A stretch of 64,000 nucleotides of DNA. Source: a virus. The translations under genes were made by a program, and so were the position numbers. The stretch's first letter is position 1, and each line of letters begins with the position of its first letter. Below, one piece after another: positions 53,488 to 62,439 of the stretch. The stretch covers positions 6,502 to 70,501 of the IMG/VR virus record IMGVR_UViG_3300042987_000557. One strand, written 5' to 3'. Below the pieces are notes generated by a model. The model was not told where the DNA came from. It did not search any database and was given only the letters and a program-made list of their open reading frames with translations.

Positions 53488-56313
53488 TCAAGCAGGCATC
53501 ATACGGCCCATATTGATTTCGGGCGGTTGTCTTGTTGTGCCATGTCGTGCTTTTCTAACTCGATCCATCATGGCGTAAAGTTTCTTAGACCCAGCGTTAC
53601 TGGAGCCGTTACCTAGATCTGCAACAACATCGGCAGGGATCACAAACTCTCCATCGGCAAGACGAGCCTCTTGAACACCCTCGATGGTAGCAGGCACACT
53701 ATCACTCATGCCATCCCCTGCGCCATTTATTGTGCGAGGTTCGTTAGCAGGCCCAGTGGCACCTCCAGCAACCATAGCGGCAATCTCACCGCCCCCAGCG
53801 ACATTGACACTACCTAATGTACTAGCGAATAGTTGACGGTACTGTTCCTCACGTTTCTTTCTTTCATCTTCTTCAGCTTGAATCTGCATCTGTTGACGTG
53901 TAGCTTCATCCATACCACTGATAGACATCGTTGGTAAAAACGTAGTGGCTGCTGCTTGGAATGGAGTCATACCGGCTGCGGCTTTAAATGCTTCTCCTGC
54001 ACCGGGGGCATTGGTGGCTAGGTTTTTAGCACCTTCAAATAAAGTCGTTCCTCTATCTGCTATGGCACTCATACCCCTTGATACTATATTTTCGGCAGCA
54101 GGTACTGCTGTTTGCGCGGCAGTTTGCCCTGCGTTTTGAAACATAATAGATTTAGCAGCGTCCCCAGCGATAGCTGGTGCAGTTTGTGTAGGAATATTTT
54201 TAGCAACTTCTCCTGCTATATCAGTAGTAAGTCCCTTAGCAACCTCGCCAGGAACAGTGCTAGTAGCCGCTGCACCTGCATCAGCAGCACCCGTTAAACC
54301 TTTGCCTAACTGTCCTAACCCGTAGGAAGCAATACCCGTTAACAGCCCACGCTTCCAGTTAAATTTTTCGCCTGGACCCCCCATACCACCAGAGATTCCA
54401 CCGACAAGCGCACCGGCTAACGGCCCACCAAGTAACGATGCAGCAATACCCAAAATAGGGCCAGCTTTCTTAAATAACTTTCTCCAACTGAAGTACTCAG
54501 GCAAGCCAGTCTGTGGATTTATAGTCCCCGCACCACCCATCGCTTGTAGCATCTGAGCTTCTTCGGGACTGATGTGGGCTAGCATCGTGTCGCCAAACCG
54601 ACCTTTCTGCGCCATTTCTTCTGCGTAGCCCTTCATGGCAATACTACCTAGCCCACGACCGACACCACCACCTTCGGCGTATTGGTATAGAGGACGAATT
54701 CTATTACCGCGCTCATCAAACATTGTTGCCGGAGCTGTACTCTCAAACATAGAAGCTGGGAAATACTCAGCACCTGTACGACCCTGTCGCACCATCAGCA
54801 TACGTTCTGCTAACGCATCAATACCTTTATCCCTAGCCTCACGTTCAGCAGTTTCTAGTAGCGGATTGAATACGACATTTCGTGGTAATGATTCTCTGTA
54901 GCCAGCTAATACTTTTTGTACGGCTGGTGTGAACATATAGTTTTCGTCAACGTATTCTGGCAATCCAAAATCGCTCAACGAATACTTAGCCATTTCTTTA
55001 GGTGCAGTAACTTCTTTCCCTTCTGCAAATGCAATTGGCCCACCCATGTTTTTTGTTACAGGAGCGATAACTGAATTACCCGCAGCTAACTGACCAAGAT
55101 TTCCAAGATCCCGTGGAGCTTGTATCACATCAAGCGTATCAAAAGTAGTCTTTAAAGTAGGCGCAGTAGCGGTTGATACATACGACGGCAAAGTTGTAGA
55201 TGCTCCTGCAAGCATCGTAGAGCCTGGAGGTTTGTAGCCTATACTTTGTAGATAGTTAAGGTTTGCGTCTGTTAGCCCAATCGAAGCTAGCTGTGTTGGA
55301 GTTACACGGTTAGCATTTGCCCAAGCAACTTTTTGAGCATCACTAAAGTTTGCAAAATTAGGGGGGAGTGCCGTATTAATACCTACATCCAAAGCAGCCT
55401 GTAGCCCAGACTTTGTAAACGGCTGCGCCGCAATTGCGGCTCTTGCAGCAGCAAGTCCTCTTTCAGCAGCAGGTCGTGCAAGCAGTTGAGGTTGGTTAGC
55501 TTGGAAAACAGCGTTGGCTTGCGCCCTTGCCGCAAAATCTTCCATTGATATTTGAGGAACAATACGCCCTTCGTTCTTACCGATATTGTTGTAATGCCAT
55601 TGAGCATACGATTCGACGGTAGGGAAACGCGGGTCTTGAAACTGATTCTTTAACTTCTCCCACTCAGCCTGCAACCCAGGCACCATCTTCCCGTACGCCG
55701 TCCAATCAGGGACAGTGTTTGTTGTGGCCGTAGTGGTTGTAGTACCCCCTGTACCCCCTGTAGTGGTTGTAGTACCCCCTGTACCCCCTGTAGTGGTTGT
55801 AGTACCCCCTGTAGTACCCCCTGTAGTACCACCTGTAGTACCACCTGTAGTACCACCTGTAGTATCACCTGTAGTACCCCCTGTAGTACCCCCTGTAGTA
55901 CCCCCTGTAGTGGTTGTAGTACCCCCTGTAGTACCCCCTGTAGTGGTTGTAGTACCCCCTGTAGTACCCCCTGTATCCGCAGGCTCAATATACCCAGGTA
56001 TACCCTCTTGTTGAACTTGTGCGCGGACTTCAGGGGGAGAGAAATCCCTACCCGCTAATGCTGCTTGGATTGTATTAGCAGATAATTGCCCACCAAAAGC
56101 TTGTGAAATTGTTTCAGCAAGCTCAGTATTTGTTAGAAGCGGATTTCCAAGGATAGCTCTAAGTCCCGCAGCTTCTTGTAGCGTCACACCAGAACCAGAC
56201 CAATAGGCTTGTGCTGCGGCATCGGCTAACTGTTTGAGTTGCGACTGAGTATATAAAGGAGCGTCTATTGGATCACCTTCAATAGCACGTCTGTCTGTAG
56301 AAGTTATAGCCAT
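53488..56313 (-). CDS. Putative internal virion protein with Gly/Thr repeat
   Basis: GRFGDTMLAHI...GTINPQTGLPEY, Gly-rich hydrophobic segment, C-terminal GAGDGMSDSVPA...LADGEFVIPADVV. Confidence 0.7.
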   Translation of the reverse strand: MAITSTDRRAIEGDPIDAPLYTQSQLKQLADAAAQAYWSGSGVTLQEAAGLRAILGNPLLTNTELAETISQAFGGQLSANTIQAALAGRDFSPPEVRAQVQQEGIPGYIEPADTGGTTGGTTTTTGGTTGGTTTTTGGTTGGTTGGTTGDTTGGTTGGTTGGTTGGTTGGTTTTTGGTGGTTTTTGGTGGTTTTTATTNTVPDWTAYGKMVPGLQAEWEKLKNQFQDPRFPTVESYAQWHYNNIGKNEGRIVPQISMEDFAARAQANAVFQANQPQLLARPAAERGLAAARAAIAAQPFTKSGLQAALDVGINTALPPNFANFSDAQKVAWANANRVTPTQLASIGLTDANLNYLQSIGYKPPGSTMLAGASTTLPSYVSTATAPTLKTTFDTLDVIQAPRDLGNLGQLAAGNSVIAPVTKNMGGPIAFAEGKEVTAPKEMAKYSLSDFGLPEYVDENYMFTPAVQKVLAGYRESLPRNVVFNPLLETAEREARDKGIDALAERMLMVRQGRTGAEYFPASMFESTAPATMFDERGNRIRPLYQYAEGGGVGRGLGSIAMKGYAEEMAQKGRFGDTMLAHISPEEAQMLQAMGGAGTINPQTGLPEYFSWRKLFKKAGPILGIAASLLGGPLAGALVGGISGGMGGPGEKFNWKRGLLTGIASYGLGQLGKGLTGAADAGAAATSTVPGEVAKGLTTDIAGEVAKNIPTQTAPAIAGDAAKSIMFQNAGQTAAQTAVPAAENIVSRGMSAIADRGTTLFEGAKNLATNAPGAGEAFKAAAGMTPFQAAATTFLPTMSISGMDEATRQQMQIQAEEDERKKREEQYRQLFASTLGSVNVAGGGEIAAMVAGGATGPANEPRTINGAGDGMSDSVPATIEGVQEARLADGEFVIPADVVADLGNGSSNAGSKKLYAMMDRVRKARHGTTRQPPEINMGRMMPA
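55730..55975. repeat. Coding tandem repeat (GGTT / GGTTTTT units)
   Basis: GTAGTACCCCCT 12-mers mixed with 9-mers (GTAGTGGTT, GTACCCCCT). Confidence 0.9.
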
Positions 56314-56321
56314 GATTTACC

Positions 56322-57089
56322 TCAAGCAATAGTCACAGTTGGCGCATAGCCAGCTAGTGTAAGAGACTTTGTTGGATTAATTACGAAGCGATTAGGAATA
56401 GCAGAAACCCATGACAGCGTTGCAATTACAGAAGGAATGGCGGGCCTGCTTGGACTAGACGAAGTAGGTAACGCTTGGATACTAACAGCGACATCGTCAG
56501 TTTTCCACATGATTTCTATGTAGTCTCTAGCGTTTAACTCTGTAAAAAAATTAAGCGCGGCAATTAGATGCCCATCTATACCACCATGACTGTTTGGCAC
56601 GGAGTACCTAGAATTTGAGTTCGCTATGTTTGTACCGTTTTTTCTAAACCAAATATCTATGTCATGAATTTGTGAATCAGTATTAACTAATTGAATACTA
56701 AATTGAAGATTATATAAACCGCTTATATAAGGAGTAATTCTTGAACTACTCTCAACAAAAACTCCATTTGAATAATCAGTCGTGTTGTACGTTACTGGAT
56801 AAGCAGTTGTTGTATTCGCAGCAATTTGATCAGTGCTATCTTGAAACGCGCCGTATGGCACAACCAGTCCAGATCCAAACCCCGAAAGCGTGCTTGCGGT
56901 TACACTGACCCCATTAAATGACCCACCAATAAATTGATTCGCACGATAAGACTGTGCCTCGTTAGGAGACAACGAATCCAGTCGGTTAAAGTACAAACGC
57001 AATGCACGATTAAGCTCGTTTTGCTGACGTACGTCGTACTGCGGAGGCGGTAGCGGTAGCGCAGGTGCCCTGAACCCAACAAGCGCCAT
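56322..57089 (-). CDS. Tail-associated protein
   Basis: APALP.PP..Y...LRLYF..LD N-terminus; C1q/BclA-like beta domain (GLYNLQFSIQL, W.RKNG). Confidence 0.6.
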   Translation of the reverse strand: MALVGFRAPALPLPPPQYDVRQQNELNRALRLYFNRLDSLSPNEAQSYRANQFIGGSFNGVSVTASTLSGFGSGLVVPYGAFQDSTDQIAANTTTAYPVTYNTTDYSNGVFVESSSRITPYISGLYNLQFSIQLVNTDSQIHDIDIWFRKNGTNIANSNSRYSVPNSHGGIDGHLIAALNFFTELNARDYIEIMWKTDDVAVSIQALPTSSSPSRPAIPSVIATLSWVSAIPNRFVINPTKSLTLAGYAPTVTIA

Positions 57090-57091
57090 GA

Positions 57092-59014
57092 CTATCTCTT
57101 ACCATCCGGGCGTACGTCAAGACGAAGCGAACCTAGCTGCCATTGCACTCCTAACTCAGTAGACTCAACCTTAAGCGCCATCTGCCTACCACGGGCACGT
57201 ATAAACACCTGCTCTGTATACTGGTCAATCGTTGCGCTGCTAGACGTTACACTCTGAGTATCTGACGCTGTGTTTGCGTAAGCGCTTCCTGAGAACCTCT
57301 TAGGACGCATAGTCATCGTTACGGTCGGTGAAGCGGCTGTTGACTCCGTGAAGTTAAAGTCAGGCAACAACCGACGGGTAAGCATGAACTGCTCACCATC
57401 ACCCAAGTCAAAGTCCGAAGATTGGATATATGAGGTCATTGGAGCGCCGTCATCATTGACTCCATCTTCGTGCGCGTAGACATAACCTACATCTTCATCC
57501 TCACCTGTTTTACAAGCGATTGGATTACTACGAAGTGCCGTATCCAGCCAAGCCGTACGCACAATCTCACCGTAGTACCAAGCGTTTTCTAAGTGGTTAA
57601 AGATGACATACCGATTATTCCAATTGGAATCCGCACTAGGGTAAAACCACCAAATCTCAGTAAACCCCTCATTTGTGCCGCACACAATAGAATCGGCTTG
57701 GGCAAAATTTATATCTTGATAGACATACTGGCGTAGTGTGCAAGGTAATGTCTGCACCTGACCTGAATACACATAGAACTTGTCCTGCCCCATCCAGTAC
57801 GTGACGTTGTTAGCCGTGGTTACCGCACGTGGCCCGATAATGGATATGTTGTCAGCTAATTCTTGAATACCAAACACATCGGTTGTACCCAGATACTGCA
57901 TCGAATAAAGGCTGGAGTTTGTCCAAACTAAAATTTCTTGGCGTGTTGCTAACGCACGGACAATCTTAGACCCCCTAGATACGCGAAGAAACCCAGCAGA
58001 GTTAGTCGTATTAGGTGCCCAGTTTTGTGGTTCGTCTTGATTTGCCCAACGGATAAGAAGCGGATCAAAATCTGTTGATGCCCCACCATAAGGCTGGCAA
58101 CCAAAGGCTAGAAGATGTTTATCATTTTGGGATACCAGCACTTGCATGGCTGTAGTAGGAACACTCGCGGCACCGGTAAGTGAGGATAATAAAACAGCAC
58201 GAACTCCTAACGCTGTTGTTGGGTTACTAATTGACCCACGCTCCCAGTAATAAATAGCCCCGTTACGAATATTCATCACGAGGTCATTATCAAAGTTATC
58301 AAACCACCAATCACGTTGTTGCAAAGCAATAGGATTACTACCGCCATAACTCCAAGCAAACGACCCAAAACCTCCTACACCCCAACCATACCCATAAGTT
58401 GTAAGCGGGTAACCAGAAGATATACCGTAGACCGCTGTTACGGCGCCGCCCCCACTACCAGAGTCCGAACTGTTAGCGAGCACCGGTACGATAGTATTCA
58501 GGTTTGCAGATCTAGCAGATATTTTATAAGACGTTGCATTAACAATTTCTGTTATTTCGTAGTCTTGGTTAATCACAGCAGCCGTAATATTCCCACCAAG
58601 ACTTGCCGCCCCACTAAAGGTAACAAAATCACCTACAGCACGATTTGCTGGACAGCTACTATCTACAACTGTAATCGTGGAAGAACCGTTAGTGGCGGCA
58701 AACGTCGTCGTATTTACTGTAGTGCCTGAAGTTTCTATAGGCGTTATGTTGTAGTAAAACCCACCAACTTCTATATAAACGTGACTGTCGGTCCCCAACG
58801 CAAGCATGTTGTCGTTGTATGAGGTAATCCAATTAAATAACTGTCTGCATACCCCAAAAAAGAAATACGAAGTAGCTTTCTCCCACCCACCGATTTTTTG
58901 TGGATAGCCTGAAAAGAATCGGATCTTGTCGCATTCGTACCAACCACCTTCGCCGGAATAGCTCGTTTGATCGCGGTTGACCCCAGGTCTAAAATTGAGC
59001 TTGAGGAATGGCAT
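57092..59014 (-). CDS. Tail nozzle / stabilisation protein (P22 gp10-like)
   Basis: 640 aa, beta-propeller-like; F.PG.N...GGW..CDK.RF..G.P.KIGGW; IRW..Q; EIWWFYPS; C-terminal PDGKR. Confidence 0.7.
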   Translation of the reverse strand: MPFLKLNFRPGVNRDQTSYSGEGGWYECDKIRFFSGYPQKIGGWEKATSYFFFGVCRQLFNWITSYNDNMLALGTDSHVYIEVGGFYYNITPIETSGTTVNTTTFAATNGSSTITVVDSSCPANRAVGDFVTFSGAASLGGNITAAVINQDYEITEIVNATSYKISARSANLNTIVPVLANSSDSGSGGGAVTAVYGISSGYPLTTYGYGWGVGGFGSFAWSYGGSNPIALQQRDWWFDNFDNDLVMNIRNGAIYYWERGSISNPTTALGVRAVLLSSLTGAASVPTTAMQVLVSQNDKHLLAFGCQPYGGASTDFDPLLIRWANQDEPQNWAPNTTNSAGFLRVSRGSKIVRALATRQEILVWTNSSLYSMQYLGTTDVFGIQELADNISIIGPRAVTTANNVTYWMGQDKFYVYSGQVQTLPCTLRQYVYQDINFAQADSIVCGTNEGFTEIWWFYPSADSNWNNRYVIFNHLENAWYYGEIVRTAWLDTALRSNPIACKTGEDEDVGYVYAHEDGVNDDGAPMTSYIQSSDFDLGDGEQFMLTRRLLPDFNFTESTAASPTVTMTMRPKRFSGSAYANTASDTQSVTSSSATIDQYTEQVFIRARGRQMALKVESTELGVQWQLGSLRLDVRPDGKR

Positions 59015-59523
59015 TACGCACCCCGTAGATACAAAGCTTTTTCAGCTTTACGGCGGCGCACCAATCCTGGTAATTCCTTGCCCCCGCCCTTAGTCCACAT
59101 CATAAACGCTTCTGCCGCACCTTCATAGTCGGCACGGTTGTTCTTCATTCTTATTGTAGACCGCTGGTAATTACCGACCCCGCAGTTGAACGCAAAACAA
59201 ACCACAGCGTCGAAGCGTGACTGATTGCCAGCAAGATTAGGAGACATTCGCAAAACACCGCGTTCAAAACTGACGAGATCATCCTCAAAAAGGCGATCAA
59301 CCTCCTCCTGCGTCCAAGCACGATTATCTTTGGCTGCGAGCGGGTACTCCTTGCGAATAATGCCGGTATAACCATCTTTCCTCACTACCGGTAATTTGAT
59401 CTGATCTTGGTACAGCACATGGCCGTATCCTATGGTCCACAGGTGAGCAGGGCAAAGATAAGGCCTGAGCTTGCGTCCCTCAAACTGGTGCATCAACTCA
59501 ATACCGGCTTGCCCTGTCTTCAC
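59014..59523 (-). CDS. Endolysin, GH24 phage lysozyme
   Basis: FEG..L.PY.CPA..WTIGYGH; FAFNCG.G; W.K.GG..LPGLVRRR.AE. Confidence 0.92.
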   Translation of the reverse strand: MKTGQAGIELMHQFEGRKLRPYLCPAHLWTIGYGHVLYQDQIKLPVVRKDGYTGIIRKEYPLAAKDNRAWTQEEVDRLFEDDLVSFERGVLRMSPNLAGNQSRFDAVVCFAFNCGVGNYQRSTIRMKNNRADYEGAAEAFMMWTKGGGKELPGLVRRRKAEKALYLRGA

Positions 59524-60002
59524 TTTTTGTTGCACTTATCAAAATGATAGCGACGCATATTGCCGCCTCCGCCTGAAAGGCCACAATGAGGGCAAGTTAT
59601 AACTTCTCTTTTTCCTTTGCACGCTTGGCTCAAGCGCGACGTAAAATCTGGATCCGCAAGGCGTTTAGCCGCTCCTTTTTTATAAACTTCTGGGTCGCGT
59701 TTAACTCCAGAAGATCCGTTCGCGTCTGGTGATTTGTTGTATAGCTTATCTAAAAATAGTTCCAAAAAAGCCTCTTCCAACTCTCTCGCCTCTTGTATAG
59801 TTTCCGTTTCCTTCAATAATTTGAAGTCAAACGCATCAACACCGTATTTTTTTGCATCCTCTTCAAAACCTTGATAGTGAAGAAACAATCCTGTTTTTAT
59901 GTATGACTTATGATGGATAAGCCTTAGCTCTACCTGTTTCGAGCTTCCAACATAAGCCTTCCCGTTGATTTTGTTAACAACTGCGTATACGCCGATAGTC
60001 AT
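59520..60002 (-). CDS. GIY-YIG homing endonuclease
   Basis: GVYAVVN..NGKAYVGSS....R...H; E; YN; C-terminal CPHC...M.RYHFDKC. Confidence 0.87.
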   Translation of the reverse strand: MTIGVYAVVNKINGKAYVGSSKQVELRLIHHKSYIKTGLFLHYQGFEEDAKKYGVDAFDFKLLKETETIQEARELEEAFLELFLDKLYNKSPDANGSSGVKRDPEVYKKGAAKRLADPDFTSRLSQACKGKREVITCPHCGLSGGGGNMRRYHFDKCNKK

Positions 60003-60502
60003 TTTTTACCCCAACTCCTAGAGCCAAACCAAAACCCTAGTATAGTACCTATCATTGCCATCTCATCGTCCGAGAAGATAATCTCGGCAACTTTGATCAG
60101 GTCGTCCATAGATTGGACAAGGTGTGGGTGCTGCCAGACGTAATACGCAAGCACAGCGTTGATAGCGATCAGTTCCAAGATGAGCAAATAAGTGACATTA
60201 GGCCGCACCGTACCAATGTAATTCACCACCCACTTGCTGGATTTCTCAATGATCTGCTTGTCGTGATCCAGCGCCGCCACTGTCATTTGAGCGTCAGTCT
60301 GCATGGCAATCTGGTCGGTACGGATCTCTTCTACACGCTGCTGGGCAATGTAACCTTCCTTGGCTAAGGCTAGCTCTCGCTCCGATTGCATCCTCGCAAG
60401 CTCAAGCTCATGGGCTTGGTCGGCTTTGTTTTGGAAGTAATCAAGCAGTTTGGGCAGGCCCGAGATCAGCAGCCCACCGAGTGTGGAGAGGAGTGAAAGC
60501 AT
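59999..60502 (-). CDS. Putative holin (GTA 3TM-like)
   Basis: D..HEL, VRP.VTY, hydrophobic helices, ILGFWFGSR; next to the lysozyme. Confidence 0.7.
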   Translation of the reverse strand: MLSLLSTLGGLLISGLPKLLDYFQNKADQAHELELARMQSERELALAKEGYIAQQRVEEIRTDQIAMQTDAQMTVAALDHDKQIIEKSSKWVVNYIGTVRPNVTYLLILELIAINAVLAYYVWQHPHLVQSMDDLIKVAEIIFSDDEMAMIGTILGFWFGSRSWGKK

Positions 60503-60504
60503 AA

Positions 60505-60921
60505 TTACCCCTTAGCCGTTACGATGTCGGCACCTTTCTTAACCGTTACCTTGGAGCCTTCAACATCCACTTGCATAGGCGGCTCGGCACGGTCCAGTTT
60601 GTCAAGGCGTGTGATCAAGTCCTTGATGACTTCAAATTCGGGCTTTTCTTGCTTGGGCGCGGTCCCGGCGATGCCATTTAACATCTGGATAAGTGCAGTA
60701 AGTGAAGCGCCAAGAAGACCCATAACAGCAGCAATTTTTTCGCCTTCCAAAAAGAGGGACGCACCAACACCCACAAGTACGATCAGGAAGATGTAAAGCA
60801 GCCCATCTTCACCGATAGCCTTACCAGCAACCTCTTTGGCTGAGTCCTGAGCCTTGAGTTCCTCTAGCTTGATTCTGGCTTGCGCCTTGAGAACGGCTAG
60901 CTCGTGGGCTTTATCTTCCAT
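60505..60921 (-). CDS. Membrane protein in lysis module
   Basis: Two hydrophobic helices. Confidence 0.65.
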   Translation of the reverse strand: MEDKAHELAVLKAQARIKLEELKAQDSAKEVAGKAIGEDGLLYIFLIVLVGVGASLFLEGEKIAAVMGLLGASLTALIQMLNGIAGTAPKQEKPEFEVIKDLITRLDKLDRAEPPMQVDVEGSKVTVKKGADIVTAKG

Positions 60922-61061
60922 TACGCCTCTTCCAACTGAGGCTTGGCTTGTTCACGCAGCTTGTCCACTAAGGCTGATACCTGTGCATAAGGTAAATTGC
61001 CCAATGCCTGCATGATCAGATTAGCCTCTTCCACGGTCAGGTTAAAGTCTAGTGTTTTCAT
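60921..61061 (-). CDS. Small conserved protein (46 aa)
   Basis: MKTLDFNLTVEEANLIMQALGNLPY..V..L...L..QA.PQ; ATGA overlap. Confidence 0.7.
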   Translation of the reverse strand: MKTLDFNLTVEEANLIMQALGNLPYAQVSALVDKLREQAKPQLEEA

Positions 61062-61294
61062 GCTTGGGAAGCCTGATAAGCCGCAATGACATCCGCAGTC
61101 CACGCTGCTTGAGCTATAGCAATCACTTTGTCGGGTTGCCCTGTGAGATCCTGTCCGGGTGTCAGTGAACTACGATGGTAAGTCTTTGTGAGTTCTACAC
61201 CATCCTCAATGATCTTGGTTGCTTCCCGATACAGGATGATGCCATTCTCAGTGACTGTGATTTGGTCAATTACTTTTACTTTCTCGATTGCCAT
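61058..61294 (-). CDS. Putative tail fibre assembly protein
   Basis: D.I.V..NG....R....I.EDG.E....YHR...PG.D...V.AI....WT; follows the fibre gene. Confidence 0.65.
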   Translation of the reverse strand: MAIEKVKVIDQITVTENGIILYREATKIIEDGVELTKTYHRSSLTPGQDLTGQPDKVIAIAQAAWTADVIAAYQASQA

Positions 61295-61342
61295 TTAATG
61301 CTCCTTGTTAAAAGTCCGTCTACACTAGTCCGGTGTAGGTAG

Positions 61343-62428
61343 TTAAACAAAATAAGTCAAGGTAAAAGCAATATCAGCCGAAGTGTTATCTGCTAAATCT
61401 GCCGCAGTCCATTGCTGACCGTTGGTATTGCCATCTGTGTTCCAAAATAAATATAGTGTTGTTGGCAAAGAGCTATAATTTGGTATGTTTGCGTAAGGGC
61501 TACCAATTCCTGCCGGTATATCTATTCTATTAAAAGCAATTGCTCCGGAAATAAATCTGTCGTTGGCTGCATTCGCAGAAAAGGGCAGACCAGTAATTGA
61601 TAAGTTGCCCGAACCACTTTTATTTATATCTTGTATGTTTATCCAAACTGTTACTTGATTACCAATCTTTGTATAATATCCACCATTAGTTCCAGCAGTT
61701 AATGTATTAGTTCCTTCTTTTAATGTCGGTGTCCAAGTCCCCTCCTCATAATCATCCAGCGTATTAGCGTTTGAGGATGCAGATTGCGTGGCGGGGAAGG
61801 TGATGCCGGTGCCGGTTTGAGTTGATGCACCCTCAAGAGCAAGCGTTTTTGCGCGATCTACAGAAAGAACTTGCGTGAACGTAATCGCATTGCCCGCAGT
61901 GCCGGAGGGGGCTACGCTCCAAGAATGTAGACCGTTAGGGTCTTGACGATACTGCTGCGCATAACCGTTGTATTTATAGGTTGATGTTCCTCCAGAGGCA
62001 ACATAGGCATTTCGGGAAATATCCATATACCCGCTGCTTGTGATTTGCCACGAGGCTTGGGCTGTCCCTGCGGAACCCAATTCATACGCCTTAGATGAAG
62101 ATTGCCAAGCACTCGGCGTCACCCCCAAGCCGAGGTTGCCCGACGAATCAACCCTCATCCGCTCGCTACCACCCGTAGCAATCGCAGCCGTATCCGCAGC
62201 AGGGAAGAACACACCCGTATTAGTGTCGCCTGTGGTGGTGATAGATGGGGCTGATACCGATCCCGCTGGGAAGGTCTGCACTCCCGTGAACGTATTAGCA
62301 TCCGTAGAAGCTAGTGTTGCCGTTGCCGTGGGCAGGGTAAGCGTTTTATCGCCTGTGGACGTAGCTGGTGCTAGGATCGTGTAGTTATCTGATCCCGAAG
62401 CACCACCTTGAATTTTTACCTGTGACAA
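61343..62428 (-). CDS. Tail fibre protein
   Basis: ERMRVDSSGNLGLG repeat; NTLDDYEEGTWTP; YTKIGNQV; I.GLPF. Confidence 0.85.
   Translation of the reverse strand: MSQVKIQGGASGSDNYTILAPATSTGDKTLTLPTATATLASTDANTFTGVQTFPAGSVSAPSITTTGDTNTGVFFPAADTAAIATGGSERMRVDSSGNLGLGVTPSAWQSSSKAYELGSAGTAQASWQITSSGYMDISRNAYVASGGTSTYKYNGYAQQYRQDPNGLHSWSVAPSGTAGNAITFTQVLSVDRAKTLALEGASTQTGTGITFPATQSASSNANTLDDYEEGTWTPTLKEGTNTLTAGTNGGYYTKIGNQVTVWINIQDINKSGSGNLSITGLPFSANAANDRFISGAIAFNRIDIPAGIGSPYANIPNYSSLPTTLYLFWNTDGNTNGQQWTAADLADNTSADIAFTLTYFV
62135..62248. repeat. 114-bp repeat shared between the two fibre genes (second copy 63466-63579)
   Basis: 33-bp identical core at 62180-62212 and 63511-63543. Confidence 0.85.
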
Positions 62429-62439
62429 TTTAGATCTCC

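Noticed and set aside
55650-56014. Alternative-frame ORFs (VLQG and VVPP repeats)
   Set aside because: Shadow frames of the Gly/Thr tandem repeat.
61305-61342. Small hairpin (CTACAC/GTGTAG) with repeated CGGAC before the fibre assembly gene
   Set aside because: Too short to assess without homologs; not reported as a feature.
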